NCBI RefSeq assembly: GCF_001194135.2
Contig: NC_068999.1
Span: 18,407,564-18,471,563 of the forward strand
From: Octopus bimaculoides
Lineage: Eukaryota
Reading direction: 5' to 3'
Length of the DNA stretch: 64,000 bases
Shown: one piece after another, positions 49,971 to 63,339 of the stretch
Layout of the letters: each line of letters starts with the position of its first letter
Numbering within the stretch: the first letter of the stretch is position 1
Position numbers and translations under genes: made by a program
Notes under the pieces: model-generated
Seen by the model: only the letters and a program-made list of their open reading frames with translations
Database searches by the model: none
What the model was told of the DNA's origin: nothing

Positions 49971-50090
49971 TCTAGCATAGACACAAGGCCTGAAATTTGG
50001 TAGTGGAGACTATTCGATTACGTCGACCCCAGCATTTCACCGGTACTCATTTAATCGACCTCCAAAGGATGTAAGGCAACATCGACCTCG
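49971..50090 (-). mobile_element. SINE family B, 3' half
   Basis: ACACAAGGCCTGAAATTTGG...CGATTACGTCGACCCCAG...GGTACTCATTTAATCGACCTCCAAAGGATGTAAGGC. Confidence 0.75.
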
Positions 50091-50813
50091 ATTGCAGTTA
50101 TACTTCCTGGAATTATAAACTTAGCTTTTCCACTGAAAGAATATTACTGAATTTACCAAGTATTGGTATTCCTATAACAACATCAAATTTTAGCCTTCTT
50201 TGAGGCAACTATTCTGGCAGCGATGAATACTGGTGGTTGTACATGACAGCTCGTTAATTTTCCTATTAAATATTCTCTCCTACCGATATTTAGAAATGAG
50301 CGTTTCTTTCTAATAATTTGAAAACAATTTTCGATTCGAAATTTTTATAGTATTGGAGAAGAAACAGTTATCTAAAGAAATTCCACGCTTCCTTCAATTT
50401 TCTCGCTACTAAGGGTTTGTATATGTTCCAGGGTTAGGTATTTTTGCAGTAATGTGACTTCCAACTTTCTGAGTTCCATCCGATAGCATGCTTATTATCA
50501 ATCAATTCTGATTTTATGTACTATTATTCTGAGTTATGGACGTATTCCATTGCCTTTGATTTAATTCAAATATTGCAAGATAGTCTATGAAATGTATGCA
50601 ATTTATTTCATCAGTAATCCATCTCTTCATTAGCATTTTTAGGATGACTAGTAGATGGTATTCTTTATTCCTTCTTTTCTTCTTCATCTTAGACATCTTC
50701 TTCTTTAACTTCTTTTTCTAGTTACTAGTAAGAAGATATTATTCCTTATCAGTATGAATATAAAAAGATGGTTGACAGGTAAATTACTGAAGTTATCGTC
50801 TGATATATGATAT

Positions 50814-51038
50814 TTACTTGATGCTGTATATTTCAGTAAATATCGCAGGATCATAAATAAAATCGTCCAAGTAATGTCTAACAGAAGCGGACTTCATCGA
50901 TGTTGGCACAAAATGGACTGTTTCCGCAGCCCGGTGACCATTTGCCATTCCACTGGGCATATTATGTGGGGTTTGTAGGTGGGAGGTGACAGGTTTAATC
51001 AAGTATTGTGGCAGCATGTAAGTATCTATTATTGACAT
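50814..51038 (-). mobile_element. Reverse transcriptase core relic (class uncertain)
   Basis: MPSGMANG...(21 aa)...HYLDDF reproduces the spacing of the RT MPFGLxNA...YxDD motifs. Confidence 0.4.
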
Positions 51039-51551
51039 GACACATCACGATCGAAATACATCACATTTTTAAGCTAGTTGACACTAGGACAATTTTTGAT
51101 CTCCATCTGATATATATTTACGTATCAACATATGACATCCGCATACATGACGATTTTACAACAGAAACTACGTTAACCTGCCTCTAAACGGTGCATATAA
51201 ATTAATAATGATATATAATTGCCTATTTTAACTTAAGAATGGTGTAATGCCTTAGCCCCAATCGGTGATTTTCAGAATGGTTACATGAAAGCAATTGTAA
51301 TGAATTTTATAATATAATTTTATATAAAACTGACATGAAGGATATATTCTAGGCGTTTGGGAAGCTGAAAGTAATCATTGTTACAAAAGCCCTTAAAGGC
51401 CAATGCGCACCTTATTTCGCGCTATCAGCTTCTGAGTTGAAGATTTGTAACGATCTTATAGGTGAAGGTATGTATATAACTATCTATCTGTGTATCTCTC
51501 TGTTTGTCTTTCTACCTGTCTGTCTGCCGGTCTGCCTTTGTGTCTGTCTGT

Positions 51552-51808
51552 AGGCACAGGAGTGGGTGTGTGGTAAGTAACTTGCTTACCAACCACATCG
51601 TTCCGTGTTCAGTCCCACTGCGTAGCACATTGGGAAAGTGAATAGCACTATAGCCTCGGGCTGACATATCCCCGTAACGTAGCTGTTCGGCAAAAGAACC
51701 CGATAGAAAAGATACTAGACTTACAAAGAATAAGTTCTGGGATTAATTTCTGCGACCAAAGGTGGTGCTCCAGCATGGCCTCAATCAAATGACTGAAATA
51801 AATATAAG
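51552..51808 (+). mobile_element. SINE family A with internal deletion (no microsatellite module)
   Basis: Head AGGCACAGGAGTGGGTGTGTGGTAAG...AGTCCCACTGCG...GCCTCGGGCTGAC joins directly to ATATCCCCGTAACGTAG...CCAGCATGGCCTCAATCAAATGACTGAA. Confidence 0.85.
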
Positions 51809-51917
51809 AAGAAAAGAATAAAAGGATATACATATATAATGTTTGAAAATATGATAAACTTTTAAATCTATATGCTTCTGAAATGTGTATGTATGTAGTT
51901 TTGTATGTGAGTATCGG

Positions 51918-51995
51918 TTTCAAATCTTGGCACAAGGTCTATATCGGGGTGGTGGTATTTCGGGGGATGTGTTTCGGAGGTGTTACATCGAGCCC
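51918..51995 (-). mobile_element. SINE family B 3' end fragment
   Basis: TTTCAAATCTTGGCACAAGG...TTACATCGAGCCC. Confidence 0.55.
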
Positions 51996-52280
51996 GAGGG
52001 TGAAAGGGAGAATCAGCCTCGTTTGCATTTGAATTCATTACGTAATGACGAACGAAGTGCCGGTCTGCTTGATATATATATNNNNNNNNNNNNNNNNNNN
52101 NNNNNNNNNNNNNNNNNNNNNNNNNNNNNNNNNNNNNNNNNNNNNNNNNNNNNNNNNNNNNNNNNNNNNNNNNNNNNNNNNNNNNNNNNNNNNNNNNNNN
52201 NNNNNNNNNNNNNNNNNNNNNNNNNNNNNNNNNNNNNNNNNNNNNNNNNNNNNNNNNNNNNNNNNNNNNNNNNNNNNNNN

Positions 52281-52345
52281 AGCGAAGAGCTGGCGAAATG
52301 ATTAGCACGCCTGGCAAAATGCACACTAGCACTTCGTCAGGTGTG
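52281..52345 (+). mobile_element. SINE family B 5' fragment
   Basis: GAGCTGGCGAAATGATTAGCACGCCTGGCAAAATGC...ACTTCGTC. Confidence 0.6.
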
Positions 52346-52599
52346 CTAATTAATTATTTTACCATCTCACCGCTTTTGTGTGTACATGTATCAAACAGGA
52401 TACATAGACACTTAGTGTAATTTAATTCTGCTCCATTAACAGAGGCTGCAATACTCGTTCAACCGGATAGCATTTCGCTGTACTTGTTATTTAATCTTTT
52501 AACTTTTCGTTTATCCGAGGTTCGGATCCCTTCTAGACATGTGATTTGCAGCAAGTAATCTTCCTTAGAAGAGCCCAATAAACTCTAATTATATTTGGG

Positions 52600-53510
52600 T
52601 TTCTCGATACCGAACATCATATTTACAGATGGCTCCGAGCTTCAGAAAATTATCAATGAAGATGTCCGAACGAAAACCCTGTCTGATGTATACACAGTAA
52701 AGAAATGGGTGAGCGAAAACAACATGCGGTTAAATGAGGGAAAATTTGAATGCAAGCAACTCAATGAATGCGCTGAACTATTTTATACTCTACCTTCAGT
52801 GTAAATACTTAGAACATCCAATAATATGAACTTAGTAACGTAGGTGTAATTGTTAAAGAAAAAAATATCTATGCCGTTTAGAGTGCTCACATAATCAATA
52901 AAGTCGGCAAGGGACGATGTAAGCACACCTGAGTCCTCAGAAATATCCAGTCATGCAAGATGTATTTATTTCCCCTCTCTAAGGCAGCAAACTGGCAAAA
53001 GCATTAGCGCGCTGGACGAAATGTTTAACGGTATTTCGCCAGTCGCTACTTTCTGATTTCAAATTCCGCCGAGGTCGACTTTGCCTTTAATCCATTCGGA
53101 GTCGATAAAATAAGTATCTGTGAAACACCGGGGTCGATGTAATCGACTCACAACCTCCGACAAATTCACCCCCTGTAGCAAAATTTGAAAGCATTATCCC
53201 CCTTTTATCTCATTGTTAGTGCCACGATCAAAATATTGCTGCCAATGTGGTCGTCCCACATCAAACAAATCATTATGCGAATTGAGTCACCCCAGAGATA
53301 ATCACAAAATAAAAGGCATAACTGTTGTTGATTATAGGGAGCGCCTTAAAAAAGTGAAACATTGTTCGCTACTACGATGCAGTCCGTGTTATATCAGTGG
53401 CAAAATGTTCAGAATGCACGAGCAGTATTGCACTAACGACCCTAACATCAAATTCAGAAGTCAGTCAAGGCTGGGACCGCGTGCCGTACACCCAGTACAC
53501 AATTGAGGCA
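52600..53510 (+). mobile_element. CR1/L2-like LINE RT C-terminal relic, interrupted by a SINE
   Basis: FTDGS...SDVYTVKKWVSENNMRLNEGKFE; after the SINE, LVPRSKYCCQ...KIKGITVVDYRERLKKV...SLLR...RLGPRA (CR1 RLEYC...Y.ERL..L.LYSL.RRR). Confidence 0.8.
52981..53190 (+). mobile_element. SINE family B, full length, inserted in the CR1-like LINE
   Basis: AAGGCAGCAAACTGGC...TTCAAATTCCGCCGAGGTCGACTTTGCCTTTAATCCATTCGGAGTCGATAAAATAAGTA...GGGGTCGATGTAATCGACT...AAATTTGAAA. Confidence 0.88.
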
Positions 53511-54306
53511 CACAACACGTAGATGCACAGCAATACAATATTTTTTCTCTAACATACCCTGCTCTATATAACATCAGTATAAAGAGATCAAAAAGAAAAT
53601 GGTTGCCATCAGGTGATGAACACAAACGCACAGAAACACACACATACACACCCACACAAACACACACGGTAATACAAACACACACTCGCACACACATTCC
53701 CACATATACACATACATATACATATATATATATGTATGTTTGTGTGTGTGTGTATGTGTGTGTGTGCGTGTGGGTGTGTGTGCGTGTGCATACATACGCG
53801 TTTGTGTGTGTATGTACGTATTGAATATATATATATGTAAATGGAGTTAAATGCAGGTGTTATTCAAATTCGTTTAGTTCCGACACATGCTTCGCAGATA
53901 TCACTGGTGTAAAATGAATAAAATGGTGTAAAATGGAATAAACAGGTGTAAAACAATATAATCTTCTCTTCAGGGAATTGAAGAAATGAAATTCGTCAAT
54001 AAGACATTTTAGCGGAATGTGATGGATATGTATAGTGATTAACTGAACGCTATTAAGTTCGTTTTAAAAAAAAACGTTAGAGGATATAACGTCAAATGTA
54101 GCCTATAGAAACAGGAGGGGTAAAGAAAAGAAAATAAATAAATAAATGAGAAGTATATAACAATATGTAAACTAAATAAAACCCTATAGTCTTGGAAAAA
54201 GATATATCTAGTGAAAGCGAAATATAAGAAGAAAATTAATGTTTAAAGTATATATAATGATAAATATCACTTATATGAACTAAAGATGTGTTTCTGCCAA
54301 TGTTTA

Positions 54307-54874
54307 CATCGGTATGCACACTCTATAACCGTGTTTACAAGGGGATTTCTAGAAAAAAAAAGAATTTAAAATAGTTCAGAATTACAGAGAAGACACAATT
54401 CTTTGCCTTTATCATAAGATATCGAAATTGAGAGAATCAATCAATCTAAATTAAATTTTTTATTGTTGTCTTTTAGATAACAAATTAATTTACTAAGACC
54501 TTTACTGTTACGTTTATTCCTATTCCTAAATGTAGAGTAATGATTACAAATTCTTTTAGATAACTGAGAAGATGAGCTGCCTATATATAAAACAAAAAAG
54601 AAACTTATTCACCAGAAGTAATTTTACACTGGTATATAGAACTTCTAATTTTAGAGTTACTTAACATAAACTTGATTCTGTTCTAATTGACATCAGATAC
54701 AATAATCTTCTTAATAATATTTCTAGGGGGATGGATGGTATTAGATAAATTAATGTTAATTTAGATTGGCTGATCCTCTTAATTTCGATACCTCATGATA
54801 ATTCTGAACTAATTGTTATTCTCATTTCTAAAAAATCCCCTTGTAAACACGGTTTTAGAGTATGCGTACCGATG
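54307..54874. mobile_element. 568-bp MITE/foldback with ~120-bp TIRs and TA flanks
   Basis: TA|CATCGGTATGCACACTCTATAACCGTGTTTACAAGGGGATTT versus rc of right end TA|CATCGGTACGCATACTCTAAAACCGTGTTTACAAGGGGATTT. Arms 54307-54453 and 54756-54874. Confidence 0.88.
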
Positions 54875-55003
54875 TAAAAAGTAAGATTTTATATATATGA
54901 AACATTTCCCGTAAACCCGGTGTTTCTAACTTTAAAAACAAGGAGTTACAACCTTTTTACTTGTGTGATATTTTGCTTCCCTAATAACTATCTAACCTTT
55001 TTC

Positions 55004-55039
<36 letters not shown>

Positions 55040-55279
55040 NNNNNNNNNNNNNNNNNNNNNNNNNNNNNTATATATGTGTGTGTGTGTGTGTGTGTGTATG
55101 TGTGCGTGTGTGTGTGTATGTGTGCGTGTGTGTGTATGTGTGTGTGTGTGTGTGCGTGCGTGCGTGTGTGTGATAGGATTTGTTATTCTGTACGCGGTTC
55201 GAGAACGACAGTTCTCCATAGTAGTAGCCTGGTATACATTTTCTGAATTATCTTAGAATCCATTAAGGTACTCTCTTGC

Positions 55280-56150
55280 AAAATGTTGCCCTCTTGGTAG
55301 TATGCATATCTAATGTTGCCTCATTACTCGGGTAATTCCTAATTCACGCACCAACACCGACTCTGAGACTGCACTAGAACCCTTCTGTTATTTTCATTTG
55401 AGAATTGCATTCAGGTTGTTTTGATGTTATGTGTGTAATCAGGGTCATTTATTGCATATGGTAATTCTGTAACATGAGGAGAGCTGATGCAGTGGCTGAC
55501 TGCATGGATGAAATCATGTCTGGGAGGCACACTACGAGCACTACCAGTACAATCATTTGAAGGATTCCACTGAGAATTGATGTCGCCTCAGATGTAGCAA
55601 TTCTACCCTTTTTCACGTCACGTAATCACTCTCGTTGATTTCCAGCGATACCAAGGTCACATAGGTTTTGGCTTATCATCCCACGTTCAACTTTGTCAAA
55701 AGCTATGTAAAAATTGTTATATATGACGTCTTCATGTGATTGACTGAGAAGCTGATCCACTAGCAACTTATAATGTAGTATCTGTGTGAAGTAGTTCATG
55801 GCTAGACACATGTCATGTTGTGCTTGTAACCAAGTTATTTTTTTCCACGAAGGTGATCAGCCTACTGAAAACATATTCACTGAGCTTCCTAACATGCGAA
55901 CTCAGAGAAATAGGCTTGCAATTTATAGCGTCTGCACTGCTTCACCCTTTATGGAAGGGCCTATTATGTCTTATATTATATTTTATTACTTTCACAAGTT
56001 TATATAATGGAAAGGAACACTGAAAAAGCATCTGCAGTGGATTTGTGAGGGCGTTCTTCCGTGTCATTAAATAAATAGACGGAAATCTATGTTGGTCAGT
56101 TTCTTAGTTCAAGTTAATCGCACCTATGTCGAGCTAATGGATGGTTGCTA
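55280..56150 (-). mobile_element. CR1/L2-like LINE RT relic
   Basis: PFHKG*...NCKPISLSSHVRK...FVEKNNL; DVIYNNFYIAFDKVERG...DLGIAG; SGILQMIVL (cf. PIHKGG...NYRPISLTS, DVIYLDFAKAFDKVDHG, SGVPQG). Confidence 0.8.
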
Positions 56151-56410
56151 CTTTCTCGTGTAGATCTGTAGTGCTGAACAACTCGCCAAGTATACTTATT
56201 TGCATATATCGCAGTGGAGAGTTGAGCAGAATTTGGGATTATTTAATCAGCACTTCATTTAACTTCCTGGAGTGTGCTGTGACTGAACACTTCTTGAAAC
56301 CGTGTCTCAATCTCACTCTTTCTGTATCTCTCTCTCTTTGTGTACATCTCTCTTTATCTATCAATGTACTTATATAGCTATCTATATACCTGCATCGCTC
56401 TCACTTTCTT

Positions 56411-56465
<55 letters not shown>

Positions 56466-58571
56466 ATATGTCTGTGTGTATGCTACAAATTGTTCACTAT
56501 CAAATGATAAGATTATATGTCGCTATCGATCATACTTTTGTTTAATCTTGTTTTTTTCTCTTATTTTCGTATTCATAACATATACGTCTAGAAATTATCT
56601 GCTATTGCTTTTGCAAGAATTCCCAATAATGTGTTATCGTTTTCTTCAACTTCCACAATCTCATAAATTGCTATATTAAAGTACATTCATAATTCCTCGA
56701 CGCAATATTACACATATAGAAGATATGTGATATTATAGATACATCATTGAAGAAATGTGGCTGCGAAAACCATGTATATACTTTAATATGTAAATGTCAT
56801 TCTAAACTGAAATGAATCATGCTATTCCATTAACAATTATCCTCTACTCAATCTACTTTAATGTATGTCTACATCTGCTGGGTGACAGCGAAGCTTTTAC
56901 CATCAAGTGAAACTTGTTAATTAAATTTGTATAAGACATTAGACTAATTTTTTAAGTAATGTATTCAGCTTTCACTAATGCAATTGCTCATTAAATATAA
57001 GCAATTACATATATCTAACAATATATTAATAATGGCATTTGTAAAGCTGGTGACCATAATTATTACTAAAAATTATGGATTAGCAAGCGACAACACAAAC
57101 CAGTTTTACATCTGCGACTACTAATTAGATATGCAACTCTAATTCGCGTTCCATTTGAGGATAATGTTTCGCTGTGACAGTTATATCAAACGTTAGATAT
57201 TTGTCTAATCACAACATACTTCTTTGTATGATGTTGCTCTTCAAGTGAAACATCCTGTGATAACAAAAAGGAAGGTATGTAAGCATTTACGCATTTGTTT
57301 GAAAACGACCGTTACCTGCTTGATGTCAAATTAAGCAAAGAGGGTCACTTACAAACTCATTTTTTTGGCTTAAAAATATGATCGCTTATCTTCAAACCCG
57401 CATCAAAATATTTCTAGACCTAATACATTCATTGCTATAACTTTGTCCCTCTTTTAACAGTAATATGCATCTTAGTGTACACGTTGTCTTGGCTATGTGA
57501 AGGTACAGAATAGTGTAACTATAATTTTACCAGCTATTTCTAAGGTTTNNNNNNNNNNNNNNNNNNNNNNNNNNNNNNNNNNNNNNNNNNNNNNNNNNNN
57601 NNNNNNNNNNNNNNNNNNNNNNNNNNNNNNNNNNNNNNNNNNNNNNNNATATATATATATGTATATATATATGTGTACATGTATATATTTATATATATGC
57701 ATATTTGTGTGTCTGTATGCACACACACAGACACACACACACACACACATATATGTGTGTGTGTGTGTTTAAAACTATTTCTATATATATAACTATCAAA
57801 CGTATCTATCCATCTTTCTCGTTCCCATTATCTATCTAAATATATATATATATACATATACCTTTATATATATAAGTCGGTAGGGAAGAAAAGTGTTGGC
57901 TTAGAACATTCGACTGGAATTACAGGAATTATACGTGCATAGATTATATCTGTCATTGTTTACCGAATCACTGAATCGTTTATTTGAATCCGTTCAGAAG
58001 TTTTCCAGAACCGGTTGAACAGAAACACGATAAAAGACCATTCCTGGTGTGGGCCATATAAATATGGTTTCAGATTATGCATGTAGAACATTGTACAATC
58101 TGAAATGTGTGAGGCGTATTATAATCTATCAGAGATAACGTCCAAATAGAATTACTCAGGTAGGAATTGTAGATATATATACAGCTGGCTATAAAAATCC
58201 ATATGAAGCTGCAGAGATGTATATATCATCTTATGCATTTGTATACATTTATATCGTAACTGATCTGGTGACAGTGATATAATAATCTGTGAAACTAAGG
58301 GGAATTCTATTTTCCATGATTTCTGTCTTATTCGCATTCACATACTTACAAGCGTACGTGTGCGTGTGTGAGAGAGTGTTTCTTTGTGTGTGTGTCTACG
58401 TGTGTACATGTTTGTGCGTACCTATGTGTCTGTGTTTGTGCATGAGTCCACGAGCGTACGTGTGTGTGTGTGTGTGTGTGTGAGTGTGCGTGCCTGTGTG
58501 TATATGAGTTTAGATATGTATATGTAGAAATAGATATATGCATATATTTGAGCATATATATGGGTATATAA

Positions 58572-58621
<50 letters not shown>

Positions 58622-59618
58622 NNNNNNNNNNNNNNNNNNNNNNNNNNNNNNNNNNNNNNNNNNNNNNNNNNNNNNNNNNNNNNNNNNNNNNNNNNNNNNN
58701 NNNNNNNNNNNNNNNNNNNNNNNNNNNNNNNNNNNNNNNNNNNNNNNNNNNNNNNNNNNNNNNNNNNNNNNNNNNNNNNNNNNNNNNNNNNNNNNNNNNN
58801 NNNNNNNNNNNNNNNNNNNNNNNNNNNNNNNNNNNNNNNNNNNNNNNNNNNNNNNNNNNNNNNNNNNNNNNNNNNNNNNNNNNNNNNNNNNNNNNNNNNN
58901 NNNNNNNNNNNNNNNNNNNNNNNNNNNNNNNNNNNNNNNNNNNNNNNNNNNNNNNTATATATATATATATATATATATGCAACACGTTAAGGTGAAAGAC
59001 GGAATGGACATTGTGAGTAATATTCCTGTGACGCAAGTGAAATAATCTTAATATTGATGGCGATTGTAAAAATAATTCTGCTCACGATAAAACAAAAAAC
59101 TTCACAAAACATAATAAAATAAATTATATGGCATGTGATATATCGTAATTGCATGTCACAGAATGATAAAAAAAATAAATAAGCAGAATGCAAGATATCT
59201 TTCATAACAGAATGATCCTATCTGACAGCATAGAACTTGAAAGAAATCAGATGAAAAAAGTGGACGTCATATTGTCTCAAAGCAAAGATGATGAGAGCAG
59301 AAGAAACGGAAAATGTCATGCAAGAAACAGATGAAATATGGCCATTTTTAGTTTTCTTTTAATTATCTTCAAGTACGGAAGCACCAGGGAGATCAATACG
59401 GTCAGAAACACAAATGCATAATATACATGCACACTAACAAACATGAACTTATACACACACTCATATATTCACACACGCACAAACACACATACTTTCACAT
59501 ATGCCTGCCTATAAATAAACAAATATATAATAAATCACACACAGACATTCTAACAACCAAGAATACACAACACACACACACACACATACATACACACACA
59601 CACACACACACATAGAAA

Positions 59619-59659
<41 letters not shown>

Positions 59660-61864
59660 GTACAGACTGAAGCAGAGAAATATTGAAAACTAGCAGTATC
59701 GTGAATTTGAATAATTAATTTAGGACTGGCGTACAGAAGGTAGTATTTTAAAATTTCAAAATTTATTTCAATACCTCTACAAATAAAGAACTAGAATATA
59801 CCCTGTTTATAATTATACCATATGTTACATATTTATTATAACATACCTTGATACTGTGTTGCCTTAGATCCCCATTGTCAGGATACTGGTATTTATAGTG
59901 TGTTAAACACGTTCAGTATGCAAATTAGGGACGTCTTCATAGAGTAAGTGCTGCATTTGTTGAGTATATAAACACTGAAGCTGCTTGTTTCTCTGGTATG
60001 TTGTATACGCCTCTGATGAGAAACCAATAAGATTAGAAATCCTATTAACGTTCATAATTAGTATTCACTCTGCTGAGAAATGTTTAACATTTGCTGTTTA
60101 CAATTCTATCAAATAATTATATATATATATATATGTATGTATGTGTGTGTGTGTGTGTGTTTGTGTGAGTGAGTGAAAGAGAGAGGGAAACAGTGTGTGG
60201 GTGTGTATGCATGCATTGTGTTCCAGTAGCCGTATGTCATAATCTTCATTGCGTACAAGTTGAAGAGGGGAGAAACGGAATATGTGAAAGCATATATCTG
60301 AATTATAAGCATGTGCTCCAAATTTAGATTACATGCACTCCTTATTTTTTCTCGTTTCCTTGATCCTTCACTGAAGTATGTTCTTATACATGCATAGATA
60401 TATGTTAGCATTGGCGTATGAATCAATTTTTTCATGGAGAAAATTGTTGATTTTCTACTACCCACTCTAAATCGCTGTAATATTTGTATCGTTTATTCCA
60501 CGTACATATTTAGGGTATGTGTGAGGGTGTCTATATATATGCATGTGTGGGTGTGTATACAGAAGGAGAATGATGTGACACAGAATAATGTGGATATTGG
60601 ATGTAATTATCTCTTTCATTGATATTCTGAATAGTATGGAAAGGTTTGTTGGTAGAACTCATCGACTAGTTTCACAGAAGTTCCTGTGAGGAATTAGTCA
60701 ATTCTCATTTTGTATTGTCCGCATAGTCATGTATCAATTCATACTTTCTTGGATTTCAATACATATTCCATTTTATCAAAGCTATTTATAGAATAATTCC
60801 AACTATTTCTAATATTATGAAGTAATACAACAAACAGAATAACTATATTTTCCCTTTTATTCTCAATATATGCAGGTCTTGTGAGACTAAGATGTATTCC
60901 ATGTTTTATGATTTCGATCTTATTCACATTCCCATACTCACAAGCGTATGTGCGTGTGTATGTGTGCCTGTGTACGTTTGCGAGTGCGTGTGTCGGTGTG
61001 TGTTTGAGGCAGCAGTGAAACAAATATCAGAAATCTATGAAGCATATTCTCATAGTTTTTGAAATCAAGCACTTCCAATGCAATGTCGTATTAATCACTC
61101 ATATTTGTGTTTAATTTCTCTTAACATGATACCTGATGAAGAAATGCGTAATTGGTTCAACGATTCTGAGCAAATTTTAAAGAAATATTTCATGTGTTAA
61201 AGATTATTTCTTCATATTCGCACTATAAACATATCACTCGGTCATAACGGATAATTTTACGATTCCCGCTGTCGTTCAGTCATGTGTTTGTATAATGATG
61301 TTTCAGGTTCCAAATACTTACGTTGCCGTACGAGATACGACGCATTAAATTATATTCGTTGACATGAATTAATATTGAGTTTACAAAGAGCAACATCAAT
61401 ATCCTATATGACTAGGGTGATCATAAATTCGTGATACGTGGTAGAAGAGGTGAAAGGTAATCGGTACACAAAATAGCATATCTAATTCCAATATTTAATT
61501 TTTTTTATTTTAAATGTCAACTACAAATAACCAAACGATTTATTAATCAACCCTAAATTATTCAATCACCAAACTGACAAAAATTTTTCATAATTCAAGA
61601 TTAGCAACTGGGAATTTTTTCTTAATCAGTTGATACTGCATTCTTCCGATTTCTTCTCGTACCAGAATATTTTGTAAACTTGAACTGAATTTTTTCAAAA
61701 ATGTTAAACCTAGTAAATTGAATAAATACATTATTAAATATTTCGAAATAAATCATTTGCATGCAACTTACGATATTTTTTAAGGTTTTCTTATTGGATC
61801 TCATCTGCGTTAACTCATTAAATTACAAGCTGTAGTCGATGATTACAACGCTACAATAAATACT

Positions 61865-62110
61865 AAGCGAGGTAATGGTCACGATGTTGATGGTAATGCT
61901 GATAATTATGGCGGTGTTGATTTTGGAAGTGATGATTATAATAATCATGGTGTTGACGGCGATGATTACGGTGATGATGATGATGATGATCATGATGATG
62001 ATCATGATGATGATGATGATGATCATGATGATTATGATGATGAAGATGAAAATGATGGCGATGATGACAATTATGACTACCACGACCACCACGACAACCG
62101 CGGAAACAAC
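61865..62110. repeat. Degenerate (GAT)n-type compound trinucleotide tract
   Basis: Direct reading. Confidence 0.9.
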
Positions 62111-62503
62111 AATTAGTGATTCACAGTCGCATCTTATAATGTAGCATGGGTAATTGGTTCGTAACTAAAATTGGTAGTCATATGGCAGGGATTAACTGTT
62201 CAAAATTAAAAAAAAAAAAAACGTTTCAGCTGTCAACGACTAATATATGCTATGTTAACTGAGAGTCAGTCATGAATTTGAAAAGGGAATAACTCTTTTA
62301 GAAATCTTGCTCTCTTTAATTGAAGAGTTCAATTCTAATATTTGAAAGAGAAAACTGACTCAGTCTAATATGAGAAGACATCATGCTTTTCAGAGCTACG
62401 ATATACAAATTACATAATTTCACAAAGAATACTGTAAATAATTATGGAGACAGAACTGATACATATGACTATCAGAAAATTACAAACGAATATTTTGCAA
62501 ACT

Positions 62504-62652
62504 AAGCGCAGGCGTGACTGTGTGGTAGGAAATTTATTTTCCCACAACATACTTGTAGGTTTCATTCCACTCACTACGTTAAACCTTGTGAAAGCGTAGA
62601 ACCTCTTGAATGGATTCGGTAGACGGAAACGGATAGAAGTTCGTCATATATA
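62504..62652 (+). mobile_element. SINE family A, degraded 5' half
   Basis: AGCGCAGGCGTGACTGTGTGGTAGG...TGGATTCGGTAGACGGAAAC...AGAAGTTCGTCATATATATG. Confidence 0.65.
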
Positions 62653-62714
62653 TGTGAGGTGGTAGCAAAAATTTCCAGGACTAGTTATGTTTAGTAAAGT
62701 ATCACCATAGAATT

Positions 62715-62925
62715 CGAAACAAATACATAAATTACGGGACTTAGCCAAAGAGATGAAGTGATTTTGAAAGATTCCTTTGGTTATTGAAGTACTTGGCACA
62801 ATATTCAAAGAAACTTAAATATATATTGGAATTGAGAATCGCATTATTGGCAGGAAGAAATGTAAAATCTAGAATTTTGCAACTATCGCTTGGAAGCTTT
62901 TGAATATTTAGGGAAAACTTAGGAT
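62715..62925 (+). mobile_element. Old R4/Dong-type LINE RLE relic
   Basis: YRDLAKEMK*F*KIPLVIEVLGTIFK...LGSF*IFRENLG (cf. KYxDLxxEIxRLW...IPxVIGALG...LGTARILR). Followed by an AAT/GAT/ACT tract. Confidence 0.6.
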
Positions 62926-63004
62926 AATCCATGCAAAATTATATTGCAACAAATATTTATAATAATAGTGATAATGATGATGAGGATACTACTACTACTA
63001 CTAG

Positions 63005-63339
63005 TGGGGGAGCATCATGGCCATGTGTTGAGAGGACTTCTTTGGGGTTTGAATATTTCACCTTTGGAACATGGGTGTTTCGCTCACCAACCTTAAACAG
63101 ACTTTATTCAGGGACTTTTTGAGCGGAATGGGCTATTCGACTTGAAGAAAATTCTAACCGGGCCCCACCTGCGAGGTCATGCGCTGTTTATCTTGATATA
63201 AGATCACCATGTCGCGCATATATAGTTGTGATGCATGTGCCTGGTGAACCCTTTTCAGACAGGTAGTCAAGATGAGTATAATGGGTTTCGCATATGTTGC
63301 CCCAGTGTCACTTTGATGGCATGCACTGCTCTCTCACTC
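63005..63339 (+). mobile_element. Unclassified ~335-bp element bounded by triplet arrays
   Basis: GC-elevated, no recognisable ORF. Begins after (ACT)n and ends CTCTCTCACTC|AATAATAATAA. Confidence 0.55.

Noticed and set aside
50890-51017. Plus frame with a single in-frame TGA (…TVSAAR*PFAIPLG…) as a possible selenoprotein exon
   Set aside because: No selenoprotein motif or SECIS recognised; better explained as antisense of the RT relic.
56940-57085. Imperfect AT-rich inverted repeat
   Set aside because: Low complexity and many mismatches; not distinguishable from chance by eye.
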